A DNA stretch of 64,000 bases from an uncultured Bacteroidota bacterium (GTDB lineage Bacteria > Bacteroidota > Bacteroidia > UKL13-3): the NCBI GenBank assembly GCA_903897855.1, contig CAIUDH010000076.1, positions 97,643-161,642 of the forward strand. Reading direction: 5' to 3'. Positions 1 through 10,262 of the stretch are shown one piece after another. The notes under the pieces are model-generated. The model was not told where the DNA came from. It was given only the letters and a program-made list of their open reading frames with translations, and ran no database searches. How positions within the stretch are numbered: the first letter of the stretch is position 1; every line of letters starts with the position of its first letter. The translations under genes were made by a program, and so were the position numbers.

Positions 1-465
1 AGCAAGCACCCCCGTGCCACAGCCCATATCCAAGCATGCTGATCCACTAAAATCCTGTTCAAGCATGAGTTCCATCATCAACTGCGTAGTTTCGTGATGG
101 CCGGTGCCAAAACTCATTTTCGGCTGGATGATAATCTCATGTTTAAAACCATTCCTCTGTTCGTGAAAAAGTGCACGAACATAAATTTCGTTCCCGATAA
201 AAATGGGTTCAAAATTCTCTTCCCATTTCTCATTCCAATTCACGTTGTTTGCTATCACTTTCACAGAAAGTAGTTTTACACCATATTTAGCGATAATTTC
301 TTCCGTTTCCGTTTTTTCAAGTAAATAGGGTGTCGTGAGCGCGTAGGCCATAAGTAGATTTTCCTCTTGAGTGAAATTTTCAAAACTCAGCATGCTGAGT
401 TCTGCAATAAGTAATTCCTGTGTAGCGGTATCGGCTTCAAAACTCAATTCGGTGTAGCTATCCAT
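1..465 (-). CDS. prmA: ribosomal protein L11 methyltransferase, N-terminal part (gene runs off the window start)
   Basis: Hand translation of the minus strand from ATG 465..463 gives MDSYTELSFEADTATQELLIAELS...HEIIIQPKMSFGTGHHETTQLMMELM...CLDMGCGTGVLA. This is the PrmA N-domain plus SAM-MTase motif I. It is open at the window edge, so it is absent from the ORF track. Confidence 0.75.
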   Translation of the reverse strand, partial: MDSYTELSFEADTATQELLIAELSMLSFENFTQEENLLMAYALTTPYLLEKTETEEIIAKYGVKLLSVKVIANNVNWNEKWEENFEPIFIGNEIYVRALFHEQRNGFKHEIIIQPKMSFGTGHHETTQLMMELMLEQDFSGSACLDMGCGTGVLA

Positions 466-606
466 TATTATTCTCTAATCTAAATGTTATAATGCTTTAA
501 GGCCCCTCCTTGCAAGAAAACAAAATGGAGGTTTTCAAATTTACAAATACACGCAAACATCACGTAAAATGTTTTTAACTTATTGCTGACAACTCTCACA
601 ACCGAG

Positions 607-3600
607 TTACACTCCTCCCAGCACCTGCATGGCTTCTACGGTATTCCTCACGTGACGAACCACCAATATCAAATTTTTCGTTGTCTGTTTCATCTGACAT
701 CGAATACTATGTTGTTGCACAAAAGCCATAAACCTCGAAAATTTCTCCGAGGTGAAATAGTCACTTTTGGGGTTGCCGGGAAAATAACACTGCATCACCG
801 ATTGACGTATGGTAATTTTCTCCAATCCTAAATGTTTTCCAACCCATTTCAGTCGGAGTGAGTCGGAGAGGGTATGAACCTGAGGTGGGAGATCACCAAA
901 TCGATCTTTGAGCCTGATAAGAAAACTTTTCAGCTCCTTCTCTTCTTTCAATCCACTGAGCTCGCTATACAGCGCCAGCCGCTCTGCATTGTTACGGATA
1001 AAATAATCCGGGATGAGCATCTCCTCATCCGTTTCAATAGTACAGTTTACGCTTGTTTCTCTAATTTTTGCTACCTCTTCAATAAACAATCCACTAAACT
1101 CATCGAGTTTTAATTCCTGAATGGCCTCATCCAATATTTTATGATACATCTCAAACCCAATTTCCGCAATGAAGCCACTTTGTTCGCCTCCTAATAAATT
1201 TCCTGCACCACGGATATCCAAATCGCGCATGGCCACGTTAAACCCACTGCCAAGCTCCGAAAACTCCTCGATGGCACTCAAGCGTTTTTTAGCATCATCG
1301 GTCATAGCACTAATTAATGGAACCAACAAATAGCAGAAAGCCTTTTTGTTGCTTCTGCCTACCCTGCCGCGCATTTGATGCGTGTCGCTCAAACCAAACA
1401 TGTGAGCGTTATTAATAATAATCGTATTCGCATTACTAATGTCAAGCCCCGACTCAATAATTGTTGTCGCCACTAACACATCGTACTCTCCTTCAACAAA
1501 TTTAATCATCACGTTCTCCAGTTGCACGCCATCCATTTGCCCATGAGCAACGGTAACCCGAGCGCGAGGACAGAGCTTCCGGATCATATTGGCAATGTCT
1601 TCAATATCTTTCACTCGGTGATGCACAAAGAAAACCTGTCCTCCTCGACCGAGTTCATAGTTAATCGCACCTTTAATTAATTCAGGTGTAAAATTATGTA
1701 GCTCGGTGGTTACTGCTTGTCGGTTGGGTGGGGGGGTGTTGATGACACTTAAATCTCGGGCCCCCATCAAAGAAAAATGCAAGGTGCGGGGTATCGGTGT
1801 GGCCGTCAAGGTTAAAGTATCAACATTTACTTTGCGTTCTTTTAATTTTTCTTTTGCGGTAACACCAAACTTTTGTTCTTCATCGATAATCATTAATCCT
1901 AAATCCTTAAATTTCACATCCTTGCTAATGAGGCGATGTGTTCCGATTAGAATATCAACTCGCCCTTCCTTTACTTTTTGTAGGGTTTCTGTTTGTTCTG
2001 CTTTCGTTTTAAAGCGGTTCACGTAATCAACGGTCACCGGAAAATCTTTAAAACGCTCTTTCATTGTTTTATAATGCTGTTGCGCGAGAATTGTCGTTGG
2101 AACTAAAATAGCAACTTGCTTACTATCGCATACCGCCTTAAAAGCAGCCCGCATAGCAACCTCCGTTTTACCAAAGCCCACATCGCCACAAACCAGCCTA
2201 TCCATCGGGTGTGGGCTTTCCATATCCCGCTTCACCTCTTCTGTTGACTTGGTTTGGTCGGGCGTATCTTCGTACATAAAGGAAGCCTCCAATTCCATCT
2301 GCATATAATTGTCGGGGCTATATTGGAAGCCAGGTTCCGCCTTACGTTTGGCATAGAGCAAAATAAGTTCGCGCGCAATATCTTTTACTTTCTTCCGGGT
2401 ATTTTGCTTCATCTTCTCCCATACATCACTGCCTATTTTATGCACTTTGGGTTCGGTGCCATCCTTGCCCACAAATTTTGCAATTTTGTATAAAGAGTTG
2501 ATACCCACGAAAAGCAAGTCCCCATCACGATATACCAGCTTCACCACCTCTTGCATCACACCATTGGGATCTTTCATTTTAGCCAAACCAGCAAATTTAC
2601 CAATGCCATGATCAATATGAGTTACATAATCACCGGGTTGTAAATCACGCAATTCCTTTAGGGTGAGAGCTTTCGATTTCGAAAATATTTGCCTTGTTTT
2701 ATAATTATAAAAACGATCAAAAATCTGATGCTCTGTATAACATGCAACACAGAGCTCATGATCGATAAACCCCTCACTAATGCCATGATAGATAGGTTCG
2801 AACTTAACTGTCTTATCTAAATCATTAAATATAGTGTATAAACGTTCCACCTGTTTCGAGGTGTCGGAAAAGACTAGGTTATAGATGTTTTCAGTCTGAT
2901 TAAGTTTTAAGTTTTCGGTGAGTAAATTAAAGTTCTTGTGAAAAGTTGGTTGGGGTGAAATTTTAAAATCAAACACCACATGATTATGGAATAAAATGCG
3001 CGCACCAATTTCAACAACATGAAACTTCTTCAGGGGCTCTAACAGCTCATCCCCTCCTATAAAGCCAGCAATGAAATCGCCTTGATCTGCAAATTTTTCA
3101 TTCAAGGCGTCCTTCAAGAAACTCAATCCTTCCTTCACGTCTTTCCCATCCTTAACCCAAATCACCGTATCTGCTGGAAGATAATCGATCAAAGTGCTAA
3201 AATGCTCATCGACCTCCTTATTTATTTTGGGAACTATATTTAACCACATAACTTCTTTCTGAGAAAGTTGGGTGATTGGATCGAACTCTCGAAGGCTTTC
3301 AATGGTGTTACCATTAAAATCGAGTCGGTAGGGGTAATGGTGAGCGAAGCTGAACACATCTACAATACCCCCTCTCACAGCATATTGTCCGGCTTCATAA
3401 ACAAAATCAGTACGTTCAAAATCCCATAAACTGAGTTGCTCTACCAAGGCATCCATATTGATCTCTTCATTCACCTTCAGCTGCAACGTTTTATCAGTGA
3501 GCCTCTTTTTGGAAATCACTTTCTCGGCCAAGGCTTCTGTGTAAGTCACGATTAAATTAGGAGTCCCTTCTTTCAAGCTTATTTCTCCGAGCACTTCTGT

Positions 3601-3969
3601 TCGTGAATGCACTTTATTGTTCTCGTAATTCTCCGGATGCACCTCTCGTTTAAAGCTGCCATCGAGGAACAAAACTTTTTTACCATCACTCAAACTTTCA
3701 AGGTCGGTATGGAAATAATGTGCCTCCTCTTTGGTAGCAAAAACAAAACAGTAATTACGCGGATTTTGGTAGTAAAAAGTGGCGGCTAAAAGTGCTTTTG
3801 AGGAGCAAAATAAGCCCTTGAGATGCAGTCTCTGTGGGTTTAATTCACCCAAGCATCTTAATATTTTCTTTGTCTTCTCTTGTTCAGCATATCGCTGCAA
3901 CAACTCGGCTATTTTCAAGAGGGCGAAGATACGAAATAGTGACAAGTAGTTTTGGCTTAGATTTAACAA
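607..3969 (-). CDS. mfd: transcription-repair coupling factor (Mfd/TRCF)
   Basis: 1120 aa. It has a CarD-like segment ([14 protein letters not shown]), helicase motifs ([53 protein letters not shown]) and a TRCF C-terminal domain. Confidence 0.95.
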   Translation of the reverse strand: MLNLSQNYLSLFRIFALLKIAELLQRYAEQEKTKKILRCLGELNPQRLHLKGLFCSSKALLAATFYYQNPRNYCFVFATKEEAHYFHTDLESLSDGKKVLFLDGSFKREVHPENYENNKVHSRTEVLGEISLKEGTPNLIVTYTEALAEKVISKKRLTDKTLQLKVNEEINMDALVEQLSLWDFERTDFVYEAGQYAVRGGIVDVFSFAHHYPYRLDFNGNTIESLREFDPITQLSQKEVMWLNIVPKINKEVDEHFSTLIDYLPADTVIWVKDGKDVKEGLSFLKDALNEKFADQGDFIAGFIGGDELLEPLKKFHVVEIGARILFHNHVVFDFKISPQPTFHKNFNLLTENLKLNQTENIYNLVFSDTSKQVERLYTIFNDLDKTVKFEPIYHGISEGFIDHELCVACYTEHQIFDRFYNYKTRQIFSKSKALTLKELRDLQPGDYVTHIDHGIGKFAGLAKMKDPNGVMQEVVKLVYRDGDLLFVGINSLYKIAKFVGKDGTEPKVHKIGSDVWEKMKQNTRKKVKDIARELILLYAKRKAEPGFQYSPDNYMQMELEASFMYEDTPDQTKSTEEVKRDMESPHPMDRLVCGDVGFGKTEVAMRAAFKAVCDSKQVAILVPTTILAQQHYKTMKERFKDFPVTVDYVNRFKTKAEQTETLQKVKEGRVDILIGTHRLISKDVKFKDLGLMIIDEEQKFGVTAKEKLKERKVNVDTLTLTATPIPRTLHFSLMGARDLSVINTPPPNRQAVTTELHNFTPELIKGAINYELGRGGQVFFVHHRVKDIEDIANMIRKLCPRARVTVAHGQMDGVQLENVMIKFVEGEYDVLVATTIIESGLDISNANTIIINNAHMFGLSDTHQMRGRVGRSNKKAFCYLLVPLISAMTDDAKKRLSAIEEFSELGSGFNVAMRDLDIRGAGNLLGGEQSGFIAEIGFEMYHKILDEAIQELKLDEFSGLFIEEVAKIRETSVNCTIETDEEMLIPDYFIRNNAERLALYSELSGLKEEKELKSFLIRLKDRFGDLPPQVHTLSDSLRLKWVGKHLGLEKITIRQSVMQCYFPGNPKSDYFTSEKFSRFMAFVQQHSIRCQMKQTTKNLILVVRHVRNTVEAMQVLGGV

Positions 3970-3974
3970 AAGTG

Positions 3975-3982
3975 TACCTTCG
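3975..3982 (+). promoter_or_regulatory. candidate Bacteroidota -7 box variant TACCTTCG upstream of sucB
   Basis: TACCTTCG lies 17 nt before ATG 4000. The 11-mer GTACCTTCGCA is identical to one upstream of cspA (62341..62351). Confidence 0.3.
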
Positions 3983-3999
3983 CAATCGCCCGATTATTC

Positions 4000-5124
4000 A
4001 TGACTAAGATGTTAGAAATTAAAGTACCCGCCGTCGGTGAATCAATAAGTGAAGTCACCGTTGGAAAATATTATAAAAAGGAAGGTGATCACGTTCAGAT
4101 GGATGAAGTGATAGCCGAATTCGAATCGGATAAAGCTACCTTTGAGTTGAGCGCACCTGCTGCCGGAATAATAAAAAAACTCAGTGCCTTAGAAGGCGAT
4201 ACCATCGCTGTGGGTGCCGTGATCTGCTTACTCGATACCCAAGCAGGCATCGCCAACAATTCTAGTGAAAAGATTCAGGAGAAAGAAAAAATAGTGCCGG
4301 TTCCGATAACGTCTCCGTCTCCCGCACCAACGAAACCCATGACCACTCCAGCGGCTTCTACCTCGGTAAAAACAGAATCGACTTTTGATAAACAAGTAAG
4401 TTTGCAAGATGCTGATCTAAAATACCGTGGCGTGCGTGTAGAACGGATGAGCACCTTAAGAAAAACGATTAGTAAGCGCCTCGTTGCTGTAAAGAACGAA
4501 ACAGCCATGCTCACCACCTTTAATGAGGTTGACATGAAACCAATATTGGATTTACGAGCCAAATACAAAGATATTTTTAAAGAGAAGCATGGTGTCGGCC
4601 TCGGCTTTATGTCGTTTTTTACCAAAGCCTGTTGTGAAGCTTTGCTTGCCTTCCCTACCACCAATGCGCAATTAGAAAACGAGAACATCGTCTATCATGA
4701 TTATTGCGACGTAAGTATCGCAGTAAGCACAGAGAAAGGGCTGGTAGTTCCGGTATTACGCAATGCACAAAAAATGTCGATGCCTGAAATCGAAAAAAGC
4801 ATTTTAACTTTAGCCGGCAAGGCCCGCGATGGGAAACTCACTATTGAAGAAATGACTGGAGGCACCTTCACCATTACCAATGGAGGGGTATTTGGCAGCA
4901 TGCTCTCTACGCCTATCATCAATGCACCACAATCGGCTATCCTTGGCATGCATAATATCGTTGAACGTGCCGTTGTGCGCGATGGTCAAATTATCATACG
5001 ACCTATCATGTATATTGCCTTAAGCTATGATCACCGCCTTATTGATGGGAAAGAAAGCGTAGGTTTTCTCGTGAAAGTAAAACAAACTCTTGAAAATCCA
5101 GAGCGACTTCTTTTAGAAGTGTAA
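4000..5124 (+). CDS. sucB: dihydrolipoyllysine-residue succinyltransferase (E2 of 2-oxoglutarate dehydrogenase)
   Basis: N-terminal lipoyl domain ([12 protein letters not shown]), a Pro/Thr/Ser linker, and a catalytic domain ending [41 protein letters not shown]. The ending is almost collinear with E. coli SucB as I remember it. Confidence 0.85.
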   Translation: MTKMLEIKVPAVGESISEVTVGKYYKKEGDHVQMDEVIAEFESDKATFELSAPAAGIIKKLSALEGDTIAVGAVICLLDTQAGIANNSSEKIQEKEKIVPVPITSPSPAPTKPMTTPAASTSVKTESTFDKQVSLQDADLKYRGVRVERMSTLRKTISKRLVAVKNETAMLTTFNEVDMKPILDLRAKYKDIFKEKHGVGLGFMSFFTKACCEALLAFPTTNAQLENENIVYHDYCDVSIAVSTEKGLVVPVLRNAQKMSMPEIEKSILTLAGKARDGKLTIEEMTGGTFTITNGGVFGSMLSTPIINAPQSAILGMHNIVERAVVRDGQIIIRPIMYIALSYDHRLIDGKESVGFLVKVKQTLENPERLLLEV

Positions 5125-5146
5125 ACAAGATTAAATTCGAGAATTA

Positions 5147-5551
5147 ATGATTACAAAAAAAGAACCTTATCTTATTGAATTAAAATCCAATGGTTCTCCA
5201 GACCTTGGTTATATTTCGATTGCGGAGTCATTACAAAACATTCCCTTTGAGATTAAGAGAGTGTTTTGGAGTTACTATACCCCACAGCTCATTACCCGAG
5301 GCCGTCATGCACACCATCATCTAGAACAAATTCTAGTTGCAGTAGCTGGGAAAATTGTGGTAACCAACGAATCTCCTGCAGGAGAAACTACGGTTCATAT
5401 TCTCGAAAATCCAAACTTTGGATTATACATTCCGCCCATGTTTTGGCATGTCATGCAATTTAGCCACAATGCTGTAATGCTTAGTTTAGCCTCCACCGCC
5501 TATAATGAAAATGATTATATAAGAGATTATAATGAGTTTAAAAAATATTAG
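5147..5551 (+). CDS. WxcM/FdtA-like cupin (putative dTDP-4-keto-6-deoxy-sugar 3,4-ketoisomerase)
   Basis: 134 aa. The pattern IPFEIKRVFWSYYTP...RGRHAHHHLEQILVAVAGK is typical of FdtA/QdtA/WxcM C-terminal-domain proteins. Confidence 0.65.
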   Translation: MITKKEPYLIELKSNGSPDLGYISIAESLQNIPFEIKRVFWSYYTPQLITRGRHAHHHLEQILVAVAGKIVVTNESPAGETTVHILENPNFGLYIPPMFWHVMQFSHNAVMLSLASTAYNENDYIRDYNEFKKY

Positions 5552-6101
5552 TATTCACGATACCGCTATTGTGGCCTCTAACACCATTGGCAGGGACACT
5601 CGAATCTGGGCTTTTGTAAATATTTTAAAAGGCGCCGTGATAGGTGAAAACTGTAATATCTGCGACCACTGCTTTATTGAAGACGAGGTTGTCATTGGCA
5701 ATAATGTAACCTTGAAATGTGGTATTTATGTTTGGAATGGTGTCACCATTGAAGATGATGTGTTCCTAGGGCCAAACGTCGTATTTACGAATAATATTCG
5801 TCCACGTAGCAAACAGTACAAACCTCTATCACTTACCCTAATTTCTAAAGGCGCTTCCATTGGAGCCAACTCCACAATCTTATCCGGAATTACCATAGGC
5901 AAATATGCCATGACTGGCATCGCATCGGTAGTTACCCGTAGTATTCCTGATTACGCCTTAGTGTATGGAAACCCCGCGAAGTTTAAAGGCTGGATTGATG
6001 AAGAGGGACAAAATCTAATTCACGAAAAGGAGGGACTCTGGAGAAGTAACTCCAATAAGTATTTTGAAGAGGTAAATGGAATTTTAAAACCCAAGATATA
6101 A
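5532..6101 (+). CDS. hexapeptide-repeat (left-handed beta-helix) acyl/acetyltransferase, FdtC/QdtC/WxcM-N-like
   Basis: 189 aa with imperfect hexapeptide repeats (IGENCNICDHCFIEDEVVIGNNVTLKCGIYVWNGVTIEDDVFLGPNVVF...IGANSTILSGITIG). Its start overlaps the preceding gene by 20 nt. Confidence 0.75.
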   Translation: MSLKNISIHDTAIVASNTIGRDTRIWAFVNILKGAVIGENCNICDHCFIEDEVVIGNNVTLKCGIYVWNGVTIEDDVFLGPNVVFTNNIRPRSKQYKPLSLTLISKGASIGANSTILSGITIGKYAMTGIASVVTRSIPDYALVYGNPAKFKGWIDEEGQNLIHEKEGLWRSNSNKYFEEVNGILKPKI

Positions 6102-6107
6102 CTGCAC

Positions 6108-7634
6108 ATGATAAAAACCAGGTGGTGGTGGTATGTCCTTCCATTCGCATTATTGCATCTGCCTTTTGCTTTCAGCCCCATGTGTGTTTGGGATAGCGCC
6201 GTTCAACAACAATTATATAGCACGGCTAATTTTAGTGATGCAAAAAATCTGTTTTTTGATAGCGGTGTTCCCATAAGCTATTTCGAGATGATTGGTTTTG
6301 CCTCCTTGCCATACCCCGTTTTTATGCTTAAAATGTTTTCAATCGTGGTCATGTGTTCCTCAAGCTTAGTTATGGCGGCTGTTTTAGAGGAAATCACGCT
6401 ACTATCTTCACTTGAAATATATTTTATAAGTGTAGGTGCCTTCTTTTTCCCTTCCTATTCAATGTGGTCTCATATTATTATGTCGCCGTATTATTTTTCA
6501 TTGCTTATGTATCTTATTGCTATCCTTCTTTATCTGAAGAAGAAAAGCATATTCATCATCACCCCTATTCTAGTTATCAGCTTCAATATTCAATCCTTCT
6601 TGCCCATCACATATGCGCTCTTACTCATTAATTATGTATATCGGCATCAACATGCTTTGCGTGAAAAAATCATTTCCTATGTTCTTAAAAACGCCATCCT
6701 CCTTTTAATTCCTATAGCATACTATTTGTCAATACGTTATTTTTTTCCCTTGGCCGGATTTTATAAAGTCGATGGATACAACACGTTCAACATTTCTATC
6801 TCGTCCTTGTTTCGAAATTTCAGTATCTCAATAGTGAATACCACCCTTACGCCATTTTATTTATTAGGGAAGTATGCTCTGTCCGATTTTATTAGCTTGT
6901 TCCCAATTGCCCTGATAAGTGCAGCGATTGCATACATCATGTTTAAAACGAGGCTCCTTGCGACAGTTCCAGCAATAATCCAAACTAAACGTCATCTAGG
7001 GTTCTCTATTCTGTTGCTTCTTGCAGCTACTTTTCCTTATGCATTAGTCAATAAGCATGTAACCACCTTTGGTTATGAAACTCGTCATTCTTTATTAATG
7101 ATTATTCCAACGCTGTTAATAATCGTAGTAATGGCCCGATACTTTGGGAAATATCAGGCCCTTTTCTTTCTTCTATTTTCCTTCCTGAGTATCACTATTT
7201 ATTTGAAAAACCAATTACTTTGGGAAAACCGATACATAAAATATCAAGCCATCATTTATCAATTGCAAAAACAACCTTTATTGGACAATGCCAATAACTT
7301 TTTTTTCACCGAAAAAAACAAACACTTTGAGATGCCCGAATATCTGAGGTTTTACGAATGTAATATACTTCTAAAAGAAGCCTATCGTAACGAAAGCAAC
7401 CTTGGCATCAATGAAGAATCAGCTCCACATAACGATTCTTTAATTAACGCATATTCCCAAAAATACATAACAAGAAAAAAGAGTTTATGCTTCGCCGACT
7501 ATACTAAAACAAGTTTGCAGCAGGAGATTGAAATTAGCGATCACTTTGCAGAGGACATCGATGTGTTTTTCGCCTATTACTTCGGTAGTAGAGAGGCGTT
7601 GTTGGAGAAATTAATCACGCTTAAAGTAAAGTAG
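6108..7634 (+). CDS. polytopic inner-membrane protein of unknown function (possibly a GT-C-type glycosyltransferase or polymerase-like protein)
   Basis: 508 aa with roughly 10-12 hydrophobic segments and a soluble C-terminal ~130 aa. It begins 7 nt after the acetyltransferase stop. I recognise no diagnostic motif. Confidence 0.5.
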   Translation: MIKTRWWWYVLPFALLHLPFAFSPMCVWDSAVQQQLYSTANFSDAKNLFFDSGVPISYFEMIGFASLPYPVFMLKMFSIVVMCSSSLVMAAVLEEITLLSSLEIYFISVGAFFFPSYSMWSHIIMSPYYFSLLMYLIAILLYLKKKSIFIITPILVISFNIQSFLPITYALLLINYVYRHQHALREKIISYVLKNAILLLIPIAYYLSIRYFFPLAGFYKVDGYNTFNISISSLFRNFSISIVNTTLTPFYLLGKYALSDFISLFPIALISAAIAYIMFKTRLLATVPAIIQTKRHLGFSILLLLAATFPYALVNKHVTTFGYETRHSLLMIIPTLLIIVVMARYFGKYQALFFLLFSFLSITIYLKNQLLWENRYIKYQAIIYQLQKQPLLDNANNFFFTEKNKHFEMPEYLRFYECNILLKEAYRNESNLGINEESAPHNDSLINAYSQKYITRKKSLCFADYTKTSLQQEIEISDHFAEDIDVFFAYYFGSREALLEKLITLKVK

Positions 7635-7707
7635 CAAAACTTATCTATTTCAATGATTCATGTTTCCGTTCTATCGCTGTTTGTAATCCCATGTCAAAAA
7701 TGTATTT

Positions 7708-9468
7708 TTGAGACTTAAATTCGCCCTCTGCTTCTTGAAAACATACCCCATATATTTATTGATTTTGATACTCGCTTTTGTTGCTTGTAAGGGCACAAAA
7801 ACAGCCGCTCGAAAAAAAAATCATGTTATAGAACACCCTTTGAATGAAGCCGACCAGAGTGCATTCGATGCAGCCTTTTATGAGGGGAATAAACAAATGG
7901 TGCTAAGTAACCATACTGAAGCCATCAAACAATTTAAAAAATGTGTCATACTAAACCAGAAGAACGACGCTACGCTCTATTTACTTGCTAAAGAATATAA
8001 TGCATCGCGGCAGTATAACCTTTCCTTGCCCTACGCGCAACAATCCGTAAAAATTAATGATCAAAATATTTGGTACCAGCTGCTCGTAGCCGATAATCTA
8101 AAACATACGGACCAAAATCTTGAAGCGGCAAAAACCTTAGAAAACATCGCTGATAAATTCAAAGTGAACGAATCCTATTATTTTGATGCTGCTGAAAGTT
8201 ATATTGTATCCAAAAAATTTAATGATGCACTCCACTGCCTCGATAAACTTGAAAAAACGGCAGGTGTTAATGAAGATATTTCCTTTAAAAAAGTCGATCT
8301 GTTTCTGAGATTGTCAAAAAAAGATCAAGCTATTAACGAGTTGCAAAAACTAATGGTGGCATTCCCAACAAGAACCCGCTATCAAGTGGCACTGGCAGAA
8401 ATTTATTTTGGTTTCAAGGAAGAAATCAAAGCCATGGAAATGTTAAAACAAGTTTTAGCCAACCAGCCGAATATGCCTGAGGCACATTTGTTATTGGCCA
8501 ATATTTACAGAATCAATGGTGAAAATGAAAAATCTTTTCTCGAATTGAAATTAGTATTTGCGAATCCGGATGCCGACATCAAGCAGAAACTTGAAATACT
8601 TTCCTCCTTCCTACCTTTGCTTGAACATAATTCATCCCTTCGCGCGCATACCTTGGAATTGGCTGGTTTGCTCGTCATTGCACATCCTTCCGATGATGCC
8701 GGCAATATGCTTTATGCCGATATCCTTTACCATGTTGAAAGATACCAAGAAGCGAAAGTGTACTACCTTAAAGCTTTAAATACTAATAAAACAAATTTTA
8801 ATCTATCACGGAATCTAATTCAGTGTGAAGAGCAACTGAACCAATATGAGGAGGCTTTAAAACATGCCACAGAGGCTTTAGAGGCCTTTCCAAATCAGGC
8901 CATCTTCTATTATTATAAAGCCCACGCCGAATTCTTACTAAAAGATTTTACTGCTGCACTCTCCACCTCAAAAACAGGTTTTGAGATGGGTTCCGAGAAT
9001 ACATCACTACTAATACAATTACTATCTATTCTCGCAGATGCCGGCAATGAATTAAAGAACTATGTTGTAAGTGATGACGCCTTTGATAAAATATTAGCGC
9101 TTGATCCCAATAATTTAGAGACATTGAACAATTATTCATATTATTTATCGTTACGAAGGGTAAAGTTAGATATGGCAGAAAAGATGTCCAAGAAAACGCT
9201 AGATATAGACCCTAATAACGCATCCTATCTCGACACTTATGGTTGGATTTTATATCAACAAGAGAAATATGCCGATGCTAAAATATTCATAGAGAAAGCC
9301 TTAGCCCTTGACCCAGCGAATAACGTATTGTTTGAACATTTAGGCGATGTTTCATTCCAGCTTAATGAAACTGAACTCGCCATGACCTACTGGAAAAAGG
9401 CAAAAGAGAATGGAAATATATCACCCGGATTACAAAAAAAAATCAATTCTAAAAAACTGACCGACTAA
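7708..9468 (+). CDS. TPR-repeat lipoprotein
   Basis: Multiple TPR-like repeats run through the protein (…AKVYYLKALNTNK…, …YADAKIFIEKALALDPAN…). It has a lipobox LAFVAC. The track start is TTG 7708. An in-frame TTG at 7735 would give MKTYPIYLLILILAFVAC and would sit downstream of a TATTTTTG box at 7703..7710, so 7735 may be the real start. Confidence 0.75.
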   Translation: MRLKFALCFLKTYPIYLLILILAFVACKGTKTAARKKNHVIEHPLNEADQSAFDAAFYEGNKQMVLSNHTEAIKQFKKCVILNQKNDATLYLLAKEYNASRQYNLSLPYAQQSVKINDQNIWYQLLVADNLKHTDQNLEAAKTLENIADKFKVNESYYFDAAESYIVSKKFNDALHCLDKLEKTAGVNEDISFKKVDLFLRLSKKDQAINELQKLMVAFPTRTRYQVALAEIYFGFKEEIKAMEMLKQVLANQPNMPEAHLLLANIYRINGENEKSFLELKLVFANPDADIKQKLEILSSFLPLLEHNSSLRAHTLELAGLLVIAHPSDDAGNMLYADILYHVERYQEAKVYYLKALNTNKTNFNLSRNLIQCEEQLNQYEEALKHATEALEAFPNQAIFYYYKAHAEFLLKDFTAALSTSKTGFEMGSENTSLLIQLLSILADAGNELKNYVVSDDAFDKILALDPNNLETLNNYSYYLSLRRVKLDMAEKMSKKTLDIDPNNASYLDTYGWILYQQEKYADAKIFIEKALALDPANNVLFEHLGDVSFQLNETELAMTYWKKAKENGNISPGLQKKINSKKLTD

Positions 9469-9473
9469 ATCCA

Positions 9474-10259
9474 ATGAAGTTAAAACATATTATTTTTATT
9501 TTATGCCTGTTTAGTGTAGTATTCCTATCTGCCTGCAAGCAACATAAGGAAATTCAGAGGGCAAAAACAGAGGATAAAGTAATAGAAGTTCCTGTTTCAT
9601 TTTCTTTAGTCGACAGTCTCAACGTACATTCTTATCATTTTAATACAATTTCAGCGAAGATCAAAACCGATTTCAAGAACAATGACGGAAGTGAATTAAG
9701 CTTAATGATCACCTTGAGAGCCATTCACGACTCGGCAATCTGGATGAGCGCGAGTCCGGCACTTGGCATTGAAGCAGCTCGCATTCTTTTCACTAAAGAC
9801 AGTATAAAAATAATGGATAAGATTAATGGAACCTATGCGCGCGAATCGTATCGTTTCCTCAATACGTTTACGAAGGCCGAACTAAGTTTTGAAATGCTAC
9901 AGAATATCTTATTCGGAAATGCCGCGTTTATGAATACCGAACTCACCACTGACAGTGTCACGAAATACTATCAGGCCCATTGCTCGGAGCATAGCATGCA
10001 ACAAGATCTCACCATAACAAAAGCTTTTCGAATTTTTCTAAATACCCTCACCGATAAAACCACCATGGATAAAATTTATATTTCCTATAACGATTTCCAA
10101 TTTGTTGAAGGAGAATATCTCCCCTTCGATTTAAAAATAGAAGCCAGCTCTCAGGGCAAAAATGCAACCCTTAATTTAAATTATACTAACCTATCGGTAA
10201 ATACTCCGTTGGAAATAAAATTTAATATCCCTTCAAGTTATACCAAAATGAAATACTAA
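9474..10259 (+). CDS. lipoprotein, DUF4292-like (family assignment from memory)
   Basis: 261 aa with signal peptide and lipobox (VVFLSAC). It sits between a TPR protein and an M23 peptidase, which is the arrangement I associate with DUF4292 genes in Bacteroidota. Confidence 0.5.
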   Translation: MKLKHIIFILCLFSVVFLSACKQHKEIQRAKTEDKVIEVPVSFSLVDSLNVHSYHFNTISAKIKTDFKNNDGSELSLMITLRAIHDSAIWMSASPALGIEAARILFTKDSIKIMDKINGTYARESYRFLNTFTKAELSFEMLQNILFGNAAFMNTELTTDSVTKYYQAHCSEHSMQQDLTITKAFRIFLNTLTDKTTMDKIYISYNDFQFVEGEYLPFDLKIEASSQGKNATLNLNYTNLSVNTPLEIKFNIPSSYTKMKY

Positions 10260-10262
10260 CGT

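Noticed and set aside
4275-4949. Antisense ORFs within sucB, and similar 60-140-aa ORFs opposite mfd, the triad genes, aspS, crtI, the adhesin, glyA, the BNR protein, relA/spoT and the 1835-aa gene.
   Set aside because: All lie entirely inside, and antisense or out of frame to, long genes with strong motif support. None shows a recognisable domain.
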